Made by a program: the position numbers and the translations under genes. Shown piece after piece: positions 12,771 through 24,970 of a DNA stretch of 60,000 nucleotides. The notes under the pieces are model-generated. The model was not told the origin of the DNA. It did no database searches and saw only the letters and a program-made list of their open reading frames with translations. Origin of the DNA: Lama glama (Eukaryota); assembly GCA_028534125.1 (NCBI GenBank), contig CM052817.1, forward strand, positions 26,972,001-27,032,000, written 5' to 3'. Position 1 is the stretch's first letter. The number at the start of each line of letters is the position of its first letter.

Positions 12771-12915
12771 TTTTTATTTTTTTTATTTTTATTTTTGTTT
12801 TTTTTTTAGGGGGTGGTAAGTAGGTTTATTTATTTTTTTAATAGAGGTACTAGGGATTGAACCCAGGATCTCGTGCATGCTAGACATACACTCTACTACT
12901 GAGCTATACCCTCCC
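12771..12915 (-). mobile_element. tRNA-derived camelid SINE (vic-1-type)
   Basis: reverse strand gggagggtatagctcagtagtagagtgtatgtctagcatgcacgagatcctgggttcaatccctagtacctc (A and B boxes) plus A-rich tail; degenerate TSD ttacacac(ag)ttaYtctt. Confidence 0.9.
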
Positions 12916-13229
12916 TTACACACAGTTATTCTTAATTGTACTCTGTTTCGCTCTTTTGAGCTGTAAGGAAAAAGAGGACTCAGGTTTTGCTTGCCAGCAG
13001 CTGAGAGTCCTCTTTGTCTTTTGTTTGTTTGCTTTCTGAGAGTCTGTTTGTTTGTTTTTCTCCCTGAGAGTGCCCTTTGTTTTCAGTTTACCTGGATGTC
13101 AGGATGTTGGACATAAACTTCAGAAGAATGATAATGTGGCAAGAATTATCTTGCAGAATTAGTTAATTCTGGTGATTTGAGTCAACTTCAAGAGAAAGCA
13201 TCTTGAGTCTTGAGGCTCTTCGTGGTCAT

Positions 13230-13480
13230 GATCCTGGTCTTTGGAAGCAAATAGATGTGGATCCTGATACCAGCCAGCTCTGTCCCTTGCCTCTCCTGTG
13301 ACCTGGGACCAGTTACCTAACCCTCCATGCCTCGGTTTCTCCATCAGTAAAATTGATGTAATAGTATTCCCTTTCTCGTAAGATTGTTAGAAGTGGTAAA
13401 TGAGAGAGAACCCTTATAAAGTACCCACTTAGCACAATGCCTGGCACGTAGTAAAGTGCTCGGTAAGTGTTACATAGTGT
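13230..13480 (+). mobile_element. MIR SINE
   Basis: ctgtgacctgggaccagttacctaaccctccatgcctcggtttctccatcagtaaaat...gcctggcacgtagtaa. Confidence 0.9.
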
Positions 13481-15319
13481 TATTGAAAGGAACCCTGAGC
13501 GTCTGATGCAGCTCCTCCATTGTATAGATCTGGAAACAGAGATGAAATTCTTTAGGAAAAAAATGATTAAAACCTTTAAGATTGAATCAGTATGAATTTG
13601 GAGATAGGTCTAACCCTGGAATGCAATGCCTACTTTAAAAGTATTTATCAACTAATAAAACCCTGTAGATTTTCAACATCAAGGGTAAGAGGACTGGTTT
13701 TTGACAGGTTTTACCTGTACTTGGCAGATCACAGAAATGATTTCAGTAATGGCAGAAAGAAGCTTTCCATTGTAATTACAGTTCTTATCTCCATTCTTGG
13801 ACTCAGCTTATTATTTGTGAACATTTTTACAAGAGGGCAAGACAGGGCAAGGAGAGAAGACAGAGGATGTGGGCCACCAGAGTTTCCTGAGTACTTTGAT
13901 GGATGTGCAAAGATTTCCAAGACACTTTGCTTTTCTTCAGAAAGCATACAACCTCATTGAGAAAGAAGATCATATGTGTAAGAAAAAAATTAATAATAAT
14001 AACAATAGTAAAAGCAGTGAGCATTTATTGAATGTTTAGTATCTGCCAGACATTAGGCAAAATGAGCAAGCAACCTATATCTCTCCTTTGATCCTCATAG
14101 TAACTGTCAGATTGGTGGTAACTGCAATTTGCAGTTGAATAACATATGCCTTCAGACATTAAGTATTGGTTCAGGATCGTGTAGGAATTAAGTGTTGAAT
14201 GAGTTAAGAAGAGGAAGAGAGAACTCTGGACTGAGGTTCTAATTTTCAAAGAGAGGCGATTGGAGGTGTCTAGAGCACCCCTTAGGCCCACTATTTGCGT
14301 TTTTGTGGTGGAGAGGTAGGTGATAAATGTCTGGCAGTACCCAGGACAACCCTGTACAATAAAGAACGTCTTCACTCTGCAGAGCTTATGCATTTCCTAC
14401 CCAGTATACATGTAGGTGAACACCATGCTTGTGATGACCTGAGCCTAGAAGTTCTAGCAAAGTGTTTTTTTATGGCCTTAAGATACACTATGTGTTCTAG
14501 AAGTGGAAATTCCTTCTAACTGAAAGATAATTGTATTTAATCGTTCTTTGGAAATTTCATAGAATTGTTCAACATTTTGAAATTGATGTTATTAACAGGT
14601 ATGCAGATCACATCTGGGTTGACAGCACAGCACACGCTTCTGACAGTTTGCATTCAGAGCTGTCACACTCACCATGATTCTTCCCAGAGAAGCAAGCATC
14701 TGATGGCTGTTTCTTATGACCACGAGTGTAGCCAGGCCCCGAGAATTTGCCTACTGACACGTCTCTCTCCCCTTTCATTTCTGTTGTTCTGGAATTTAAG
14801 TGGGTACGTGGGTTATATTATGTATGAATTTCACTTCAAGATAGTCAAGAGGACATTATAAAATACTCCTTATAGCCAGAGAGTGTTATTGTAAGGATCG
14901 TGTTGGATTAGAGTTTTCAGGAAGGTGGTTGTTTGAATGAAGGTAATGAAAGATTTGAGTAAATGAGAGGTTCTAGAATCAGTTGGGTATTAGATTGTCA
15001 ATGGCTGAAAGAGCTTTATCCTGAAGGTCTTTGTATAGAAAGGGATTGTGAACGGAGCGGTGTTTATCTGGTGTTGTGGAGCTGGGATGGATCTGGGAGA
15101 TGTCAGAGGATTGGACTGAGGCCAGGGCAGGAGGTATGGAACTGTGGGAAGTTCTGAGGGTCTGAAGAGGGAGCAGACAGGACAGAGAGCTGGCTAAATT
15201 GAGAGGAATTTGTCAGATTTTTTTGGACTGTGTTTGGGGAAGACAGGGAAAGTGAAATTCTTTGTCTGACTTTTATTTTATATCTTTTGTTTCTCTTTGG
15301 CATCATTTAAAAGTACGTA

Positions 15320-15489
15320 GGAAGTTCTCATCACAAGAAAAAAAGTTTTGTAATTATGTATGGCAGTAGTTGTTAACTGGACTTAGTGTGGTGATCATTT
15401 TATAATATGTACAAATACTAAATCATTACACTATATGCCTAAAAATATAATTTTATGTCAATTATACCTCAGTAAAAGAATAAAAATAA
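15320..15489 (+). mobile_element. Old L1 (L1MA9/10-like) 3' end
   Basis: aagttctcatcacaagaaaaaaa...gtggtgatcattttataatatgtacaaata...atgtcaattatacctcagtaaaa. Confidence 0.85.
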
Positions 15490-15759
15490 GGCAGTCCTTT
15501 CTTCAAGGTATTTACCCTCTATAGGGAAAAAAGATAAAAATAAAAATTTAATGTTGTATGTTAGTATAATAATAGATGTATGTAGAAAGTTTAGTGGTAG
15601 AATGATAGTGATTAAACAAGTTGGTAATTCAAAGAAAATTTTTATCAAGGATGCAGTACTTGAGCTGGATCTGAGTGGATGAACACTTGCTGAGTTTTCA
15701 TTTATTCCTTGAAAAAAGAGGAGTTACATATGACTTTAGCTTAATGAGGAATAATTTCT

Positions 15760-16067
15760 CATCCTAATAGCCAAGGGAGGGATCAGGTGATGAGAACAGG
15801 AGAAACTACCAGTTTTGTACAGGGTTGCTGAAAGTTGGCTGTGAACGTCCAGGGAAGATGGTGGTGGTGTTGGGCAGTGCACCCCCTGCACACAGCTCTC
15901 TCCTCCTTCAGATGGTAACTTGCTCTTACCCGTCCTGGGGTCTGCATTATCCCTTGGGATTTTCCTACCCTGGTACTTTTTTTTTTTTAATTAGTGCCTT
16001 AATTATATCCTCAAAATACTCGATTTGATTGCACCATCTGCTTCCTATTTGAAACCTGTTGGGTACA
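15760..16067 (+). mobile_element. Possible ERVL-class LTR fragment
   Basis: ends gattgcaccatctgcttcctatttgaaacctgttgggtaca, resembling LTR33/40/41-type termini. Confidence 0.35.
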
Positions 16068-16611
16068 GTGTGTGATTACACACTGAAAAAAGGTAAAAGA
16101 CACAAAAAAAGAAGGGAAAAATTCTTTTTATTCTAAATCTACAATATCACAAATAAAAAGAACAGTCAAGCAAATGGAACAGGTAAGGGCATGATTGTAG
16201 TGAGATAATTTACTGTAGCATCCTTGGTCGGGGGCATCATGTTGACAAAAATAAAGACATTGAGGATTGGATTGTTGTCATAAAAAATTGAATTAAGATA
16301 TATGTATATAATTTTGAATTTATATATTTATGTCCAATGGCAGGGGGAAAATATGTAGCATCTTACACTGAAACAAAATACAAGTGGGCATTTAATTTAC
16401 TTGTTCGCTTCTTTGTTTACTAGTGCTTTTGTGATTTCTGCTGCTCTCCTGTGGTCCTGTTGGACATTTTTTGAGCTCCAGTGGCATTGTCACAAGGCAC
16501 ATAAGCATTATGAATTTTCTTTAGTGGGACACATGAAAACGTTGCTGGAAAGGAAACCTGTTGCTAGATTGTTTTGCTTATTTTATTTTTCACTTTGAAA
16601 TAACTATATAT

Positions 16612-16712
16612 ATTGTTTTTCAATGGAGGTACTGGGGATTGAACCCAAGACCTTGTGCATGCTAAGCAGGTACTCTACCACTGAGCTATAGCCAAACCCC
16701 CACCTCCTCCCC
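16612..16712 (-). mobile_element. tRNA-derived camelid SINE (vic-1-type)
   Basis: atggaggtactggggattgaacccaagaccttgtgcatgctaagcaggtactctaccactgagctata; flanked by aactatat repeats at 16602 and 16713. Confidence 0.9.
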
Positions 16713-16926
16713 AACTATATTCTTAATATGAAGCTTGTGGTGGTCCACTGTGAGTCTTGGGTGTCTTTGAAACTCACTGTGATTTTTGCGGAAACAAAGG
16801 CACTTGCTGGTAAACCTTTAGCTTTACAGCTGAGCGACCATTTCTGCCTATATTTGCTTTTTATGGGAGAAGTAGATAACATTTTGAATAGGGTAAAGTT
16901 TCAGAACCCATCTGCTTTTCCTAAAT

Positions 16927-17540
16927 CAGTGGTTCTCCAATAGAAATATAATTTGAGCCATATACATAATTTGAAATTTTCTAGTAACCACATTTAAAAA
17001 AATGAGTGAAAATAATTTTAATAGTGTTTATTTAACTCACTAAATTCAAAGTGTTATCATTTCAATGTGTAACATTTTAAAATTATTGAGATATTTTAGA
17101 TTTTATTTCATGCAAAGTCTCCAAAATCAGCATATGTTTTAACACTCAACTCAGATGCAGAATTTTCATTGGAAACCCTTGATCTGTATTTAGATTTCGT
17201 AAAACTTATGGTTGAAAAAGTAGATTTACCTACCCAAGAAGTTCCAAACTTACTTAAATGTTTCTCCAAAAGAGTCAAGTATCATTTTATAAATTTATAT
17301 TTAAATTAATTATAGTGGACCTTTGAACAATATGGGGATTAAGTTCCTACACATCCCGGGATTCAGCCAGCCATGGATAATGTATTCACTGTTGAAAAAT
17401 AACCAGGTGTAAGTGGATCAGCACAGTTCAGGCCTGTGTTGTTTAAGGGTCAAATGTATAATGAAATAATGTTAAAAATTCAGTGCCTCAGTTACCTTCC
17501 AAGTGTTAGTAGCTCCATCTTGTTTCTCATGGCTACCAGC
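16927..17540 (+). mobile_element. hAT-Charlie DNA transposon (MER33/Charlie5-like), interrupted
   Basis: cagtggttctccaatagaaatataatttgagccatatacataatttgaaattttctagtaaccacatt; ends ...ttccaagtgttagtagctccatc...atggctacc. Confidence 0.85.
17313..17456. mobile_element. Tigger2-related MITE nested in the Charlie element
   Basis: TIRs tagtggacctttgaacaa and ttgtttaagggtcaaatg, with TA dinucleotides at 17311-17312 and 17457-17458. Confidence 0.8.
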
Positions 17541-17783
17541 TATAGATTATTCTTAAAACCATACTTGAGTGCTTTTGTATTTTCTTGGGTTATTATTTAT
17601 GTAGGACTTATTCACACCACATAGTCCTCAGAAACTGTTCTACAACATTAGTTTATACATCAGGGATGTCAGTGCCTAGGGAGAAATAGTTCTGCATATT
17701 TGTGCTTCATTCCTAGGGCTAAGAATGCCTTGCACATAGTAGGTGTTAAATAACTGTTTACCCATTTAAATCCTATTTAGTCC

Positions 17784-18312
17784 ACTAAAAGTCCATCAAC
17801 AAATGACTGGATAAAGAAGCTGTGGTATATTTACAGAATTGAATACTACTCAGCCATAAAAGTAATAAAATAATGCCACTTGAAGCAACATGAGTTGGAC
17901 CTGAAGAATGCCATTCTAAATGAAGTAAGCCAGAAAGAGAAAGAAAAATACCATATGATATCACCTATATGTGGAATCTTAAAAAAAAAAAAAAGACAAA
18001 CAAACTTATTTACAAAACAGAAACAGACTCACAGACATAGAAAACAAAGCTATGGTTATCAGAGGGGCAAGGGGGTGGGAAGGGGTACGTTGGAAGTTCA
18101 AGATTTGCAGATACTAACTAAGATATAAAAAACAGATAAACACTAAGTTCATACTGTATAGCACAGGGAGCTATATTCAATATCTTATAGTAACTTATGG
18201 TGAAAGAGAATATGAAAATGAATGTATGTTTCTATATGACTGAAGCATTGTGCTGTACACCAGAAATTGATGCAAACATTGTAAACTGACTACACTTCAA
18301 TAAAATATATAT
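17784..18312 (+). mobile_element. Camelid-type L1 3' end with 14-bp TSD
   Basis: ORF2 C-terminal remnant ILNEVSQKEKEKYHMISPICGI; TSD atcctatttagtcc at 17770-17783 and 18313-18326. Confidence 0.95.
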
Positions 18313-19239
18313 ATCCTATTTAGTCCTCAAATTGCGATATAAATTTCACTTTCAGAGGAGAGTGTTTCCTGACTCTCCAGTCTATCACATGTTCCTTCAT
18401 TTTATTTTCTCATAGAACTGAATTTCTTTCCTCCAGAATATAAGTACTTTCTTACAAACTGATTTCAGTAATTTTGTGATTAATCTCCCTGACTTCTCTA
18501 TAAGTTCCACAAGAGGGAAGAATGTGTTTTTATTCACTGAAGTGTTTCCTTCTCTCAGCCTAGTTCATGCACATATGGATTAAACATTGGTCAGATAGTA
18601 ATAGCACAGGGCCATTTAAAATGTGAAGTGATTTAGCAGAAAGCCGAGTCCTTAACTTTATAGAGCTTAGAGTTTGTTTCATATTGGGGAAAATCCTTAT
18701 TTTAAGGATTATACACACTAAAAGGATGCAGATTTTTATTATTACTGTTATTGCTCAAGCCTTTTCAAAATACTCCTGTAAGTAAGCCTTTTATTAGCTT
18801 TCTTCCTACTTTGTTGGTAGTCATTTTCTTTAAATAGCTATCAACTCACATTTGTCTCTGCTTATAAATGAAGGTGTACTAAAGACAAAAAATAAAAGGA
18901 AAAGTGAGTTGTGAAATCTTTCTAAGGAGCTGAAAAGATACAGGGCAGAAGCAAAGGTGCATTGAGGAAGCATCTCTTGCTGTTTCAGTGCAATGTAAAA
19001 TAAGCCCACCCTTTTAATTATACCAGAGTAATGAGCCTTATCCTTAATATGTGAAAATATAATTAAAAAATGTGTGGTGGGCCAGTAGACCAGGTTGTCA
19101 GGTGATTACCTGAATCATAAAGTTGGAAGTAATGCCCATTAAAGGTTACTAGTTTGGAAAGGTTAGATTAGAATTTAGTCTTTGCAAATATGAAGTTTCT
19201 CAACTTGAATAATGCTTTAGAAAACCACTAACATTTGAC

Positions 19240-19980
19240 TTTTTTTTTTAACATCTCATAGAAATGTAGTAAGCATACAGAAATGTGCACATCAGGGTAC
19301 ATCTTGATGAATTTTCATATCTGGATCAGGAAAGTGTGTTACCATCACAACATCCCAAAGGCTACTGTCTTGCTTCTCCCCTTTCCTACCCTCCAGAGCA
19401 AACCACTATCTGGACATAGATACGTTTTTCCTGTTTTTGTACTTTATATAAATGGAATCATGTGGTATTGGCATTTGAATTAATATAATAATTATTCTAA
19501 GTGACAGTCCTGATAGCAGCTCATTGAAAACAAGGTCTTTTCAGTTTCCTTATGATGTATCTAATTTGGTAAACTGACAGTTTACCATTGTTACCTAGTT
19601 CCTTGTTATTGCATTAAGACATTTTTTGTGTAAATGCATGTACGTGTGTGTATGCATACACACATATATAAATATATGCTTTTAAGAATTTTACACACAT
19701 TTGATCATGCATATTCACCTCTTTGGGATGTGTCTTAAAGCCCTTTTCATATCAGCTCATGCAGATTCGGTTCATTTTTCCTAATGGCAGCACGCTACTC
19801 CATCATATGACTATATCGTAGTTTAATGAACTGATTATTCACTGATGAACAGTTAGGTTGTTATTGATCTTTTGCTTTTAGAACAATAGAGTCCATGTAA
19901 ATTTATCTATAAAATAAATTCTCAGGAAAGGAATTGCTAAGCAATAGGGTCCATGCGTTTTAAATTTGCTCAGATATTTC
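19240..19980 (-). mobile_element. Degraded L1ME-type fragments
   Basis: cctgtttttgtactttatataaatggaatcat; ttcactgatgaacagttaggttg; ggaattgctaagcaatagg. Confidence 0.6.
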
Positions 19981-19984
19981 TAAA

Positions 19985-20484
19985 NNNNNNNNNNNNNNNN
20001 NNNNNNNNNNNNNNNNNNNNNNNNNNNNNNNNNNNNNNNNNNNNNNNNNNNNNNNNNNNNNNNNNNNNNNNNNNNNNNNNNNNNNNNNNNNNNNNNNNNN
20101 NNNNNNNNNNNNNNNNNNNNNNNNNNNNNNNNNNNNNNNNNNNNNNNNNNNNNNNNNNNNNNNNNNNNNNNNNNNNNNNNNNNNNNNNNNNNNNNNNNNN
20201 NNNNNNNNNNNNNNNNNNNNNNNNNNNNNNNNNNNNNNNNNNNNNNNNNNNNNNNNNNNNNNNNNNNNNNNNNNNNNNNNNNNNNNNNNNNNNNNNNNNN
20301 NNNNNNNNNNNNNNNNNNNNNNNNNNNNNNNNNNNNNNNNNNNNNNNNNNNNNNNNNNNNNNNNNNNNNNNNNNNNNNNNNNNNNNNNNNNNNNNNNNNN
20401 NNNNNNNNNNNNNNNNNNNNNNNNNNNNNNNNNNNNNNNNNNNNNNNNNNNNNNNNNNNNNNNNNNNNNNNNNNNNNNNNNNNN
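19985..20484. other. Assembly gap (500 N)
   Basis: run of N. Confidence 1.
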
Positions 20485-20795
20485 AAAACACTCAACAAAT
20501 TAGGAACAGAAGGAAATGACTTCAATAAAACAAAGGCCTTATCTGAAGGGCCCACAGCAAACAACATACTCAATGGTAAATGGTTGAAAGCTTTTCCATT
20601 AAGATCCAGAACAAGGCAAGAATGCCCACTCTTGCCACTTCTGTTCAATACAGTACTGGAAGCTCTAGCCAGAGCAATTAGATAAGAAAAAGAAATAAAA
20701 AGCATCCAAATTGATTAGGGAAAAGAAGAAGTAAAATGATCTCTGTTCACAGATGACATGAAAACCCATCACAGATGTAACAAACACTAAAGATT

Positions 20796-20836
<41 letters not shown>

Positions 20837-21200
20837 GGTAGAACTAATAAGCAAATTCAGCAAAGTTACAGGATATAAAATCAACACACAAAATCAGTTG
20901 TATTTCTATACACTAACAATGAACAATCCAAAATGAAAATTAAAGACAATCCTATTTGTAACAGTATCAAAAAAGAATAAAATATTTAGGAATAAACTTA
21001 TCCAAGAAGGCAAAAGGCTTATTACACTTAAAATTACAAAAAGAAAGTGAAAGAAATTCAAGAAGAGTCAAATAAATGGAAGGACATCCTGCGTTCATAT
21101 ACTGAAAGACTTAATATTGTTAGGATGTCAGTACTGCCCAAAGTGATGAAGATTCAATGGTATCCTTATTAAAACTCCAATGAATTTTTTGCAGAAAGTG
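20485..21200 (+). mobile_element. L1 ORF2 (RT-region) fragment
   Basis: cccacagcaaacaacatactcaatggtaaatggttgaaagcttttcc...ggaagctctagccagagcaattag...ctctgttcacagatgacatg (decayed FADD motif). Confidence 0.93.
20797..20834. repeat. (CA)19 microsatellite within L1
   Basis: direct reading. Confidence 0.97.
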
Positions 21201-21912
21201 AAATCTGCATAATATTCTCTTTTAATAAATTTTAAGGGTGAATCACTCTAAGTTATCCAAAAAAATCAATAATAATTAAATAATTAACCTGTGAACTAAT
21301 ATATTGAACACAGTAAATTGGAAGCTACCATTCAGATACCCAGAGGATCCAACATTTAAAATAGGGTGGCATCATCACTACCATTCAGACTGACAATGGA
21401 CTGAATTCACAACTTTTTGCATGGGATAATCACAGGCGAGATTTGGTGAGCCTGTCTACCACTGCACCTGAAAAGCTTATCAGCAGAATAGTATAATATC
21501 AGATAATGGGAGGAACAGTCCAGCAACAGATGCCTGGGTCTCCAGCAATAGTCACAAACCAGGGCAGTGTCAAGACAGGTAAAGACCATCATCAGATACA
21601 GAGAGGCTCAATCTGTTTAAAAACTGGACTCTGTACTTTCAGGAGTTATTATAGACACAATAGAATTTCTGATTGACAAGGACCTTTAAAATCAAATTAC
21701 ATGTGAAAATCATTTTATGGATAAGAAAATGAGGACCCCAGGAAGAGGTGCCTATGTCGCTCAAGGTCATATAACTTGCAGTTAGCAAAACCTGGACTAG
21801 AATCTAGGTTTCTGGTACTCCTCCATCTTCCCTAATCAAACTCCTGAGCTTAAGGTTGAGAGTACAACATCAGTCTTTTGGCAGAAAAAGTCTCCACACA
21901 AAATGATTTCTT

Positions 21913-22772
21913 TTTCTTTCCAGTTTTACTGAGCTACAATTGACATATAACATTTTGTTACTTTAATGTGCACAATATCTGATTTGAAATACGTATATAT
22001 AACAAAATGATCACACAATAAGGTTAGTTAACAACCATCACCATGCCATAGCTAAAAATTTTTTTCTTGTAATGAGAATTTTAAAGATCTACTTTCTTAG
22101 ACACTTTCAAATATACAATACAGTATTGTTAACTATAGTCACATGCTGCACACTATATCCCCAGAACTTACTTATCTTATAACTGGAAGTTTGTCTCTTC
22201 TGACTACATCTTCCCACTCATAAACCCCTCACCTCAGACAACCACCAATTTGTTTTCTGCTTCTCTAAGTTTGGGATTTTTTAGATTCTACATATTAAAT
22301 GAGATCGTACAGTATTCGTCTTTCTCTGTCTGACTTATTTCACTTAACATAATGCCTTCAAGGTCCATCCATGTTGTCGCAAATTGCAGGATTTGCTTCC
22401 TTTTGATGGCCAAATAATAGTCCCTTGGATATATATACCACAGTTTCTTTATCCATTCAGCTGTTGATGGACCCTTTCATGTCTTGGCTATTGTAAATAA
22501 TGCTGCTATGAACATGGGATGCAAATATCCCTTCTAAACAGTGATTTCATCACCTTCAGACGTTTACCCACAAGTAGAATTGCTGGATCTTATAGTAGTT
22601 CTATTTTTAATTTTTAATTTTTTGAAGACCCTCCTTACTGTTTTCCATGGTGGCTGCACGATTCTATAATCCCGCCAATAGTGCCCAAGAGCCCCTCTTC
22701 TCTATATCCTCGCCAAGATTTTTTTATCTCTTGTATTTTTGATGACAGTCATTCTAACAGGTACAAGATGAT
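21913..22772 (-). mobile_element. L1MA-type 3' end with 16-bp TSD
   Basis: ttttactgagctacaattgacatataaca...tctgtctgacttatttcacttaacataatgcc; TSD cacaaaaYRatttctt at 21897-21912 and 22773-22788. Confidence 0.92.
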
Positions 22773-24809
22773 CACAAAACAATTTCTTGAAGATTCTTAC
22801 CACATCAGTACATACCCAGTATGACTAAACAAACTCACCCCTGCCTTAGGAAAGGAATGTCCTAGGATTACATGGAAGCCTCTGTACTGATTCTGATAGC
22901 TGTGGTTATTGTCCTCTTGTCCCTGGGGAAAGGGGTTAGGGTCCGCCCTGTGAGAGGTAGACTTCCCAAATATTCTGGAAGAGACAGAGCCAGAGGTAAG
23001 AAATGGGAACCAGCAAGGAAAGATCTGGCAGAAGGAAGAGGGAGACCTTCCCTCTTCTACAAGGGCCTTAATCTCTTTGATGCCTGGCCTCTACATCTAA
23101 ACATACTGACAGTCACTTCTGGGGGAGGGGGTTGAGCCTGATGAGAATGGGTCTTGGCCTGCCATATCTAGGAGCCAATTTTAAGGGATTCTCGGGGTTT
23201 TGTTAAAAGCCATAAATCTGACTTTTATCTACTGTGGAGAGTTAAGAACGTTTTCAGGCTAGGGATGGAGTGGAAAGTGGGAAAGCAGAGTCCCCGAAGA
23301 GCTTCCACAGTGCTGGCAGCACTGATTAGCACAGTCCCCAAAGAAACAGGGAACCTCAGGGACAGGAATTCAGGCATGTAAGCTAGGCTCACCTTATCAT
23401 ACAAAGATGGTGTGCTTTCCTGATCAGCACAGAAGAGGAGGCATTAATTTATAACTAGGAGATGCAATGGGTTTCCTTGCACATCACCCCAGATTAAACA
23501 CAGATTTCTTGATACCAATAACACAGGATGATATTCAGTGGGTGAGCACTGTGATGATCGTGCAGAAGGTTTACGTCAGCACCCATTGTGACTCGCTGGA
23601 ATTCGACTGTCAACAACTTTGAGTCTCATCCTTCCAACAGTAACACATGTCTCTCCATCTCAGTTTCCGCTATTGACCCCTAAGCTTGGGAGAACACCAA
23701 CCTTTGTGTTATACACTTAGCACTTATCCCAGATTCAGCAATGAATACGTACCCTAATAATAAACTCTGAGCAATACATATTACTATTCCCACTTTCTAG
23801 GCTAGAAAATTGAGGTTCAGAGAAAGAATCCACCCATAGATTGCCTAAGGAAGAACCAGAATTTAATTCCAAAACAAAAAGAATTTTAGAATTGTATAGT
23901 CCCTCTGCTCTGGAAATCTAGCCTCTGATGAAAGACAGTGCAGGGAACAAGAACTTCTGGGACTGGAAGGTAAATATATCACTATTTCATAGAATATTAA
24001 TACAGAAAAGATTGGTCCTAATAAGCATCATTTTAATCCTGCCCAACTCTCGTACTGCAATAATTGTCAAGCATTATCTGAATACCTAAAAAGCTTTTAC
24101 ATATATCTGTATGACAAAACACTAGCCTGTGTCTTCAAATCCATGCATATGAACTATAAAGCCAATTTACCCCTATTTATTAAGAGAAAACCCCCCACAC
24201 GTATTCTATTAAAGCACTGGCAGCCCCTATGTGAATGACTCCTTTGATTAAAATATTACTACCGTTTTCCAAAAAAGACACAATTGAACAGAAGATTTAA
24301 TGAAAAAACTTGAATTTAACAATTTCTCCTTCAGTCATTTATTTAAACCTCTGACAAAAACCTCTCTGGTAAGAAATTATTTCTTTTACTTTCTACTTAG
24401 AGAACAAATGAAAATGCATCTGAATTAAATCAGCACTGCTGTGGCAACACTGAAACTCTAAACAAAAGCTGATGATCATGACAAGATTTTCTCAAAGGAT
24501 GCTAGAGGCCCCAAACACTACCCACCATCAGGACAACCTTTAAATTCCCTTTCGCACAGGGCTCTGCCAGCCACTAGTTGTAATTAAAGTTCTTTCTGTT
24601 GAAATTGGCTTATTTCTTGCTACATCTGATTCTTTTCAGGTACTGCTCATTTTCTCTTCTTTCTACTTACTATAAGAGATCCAGACACTAGTCTAATATG
24701 TAATTTTTCTGGTACTACATCCACATTAAGTTAATTTATCAAAGTAGTCTGAATGCTTCAAAGATTTCTTTTTTTTAAGATGTAGAATGCCATCAGATTT
24801 CCTTATTAG

Positions 24810-24939
24810 TAGGATGGCTATTTAAATTTGTTACTGGTTTTCTTGTTCAGGACAAACAATTTTTCAACCTTGGGTGAAAATACTTGCAACAGGTTAAAGT
24901 GACCGTGTTTTACCTTAGGACAAGTGTTGCACGCCAATT

Positions 24940-24970
<31 letters not shown>

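Noticed and set aside
12841..12915. tRNA-like sequence with A and B boxes (also 16625-16690)
   Set aside because: Has an A-rich tail and TSDs, so it is a SINE rather than a tRNA gene
19953..20705. Long ORFs of 173-241 aa (similar ones at 1991-2288 and 48514-49310)
   Set aside because: They run through N-gaps and are artefacts
23550..23625. Possible C/D-box snoRNA starting TGTGATGA
   Set aside because: No properly placed CTGA D box or terminal stem, and it lies opposite the inferred host strand
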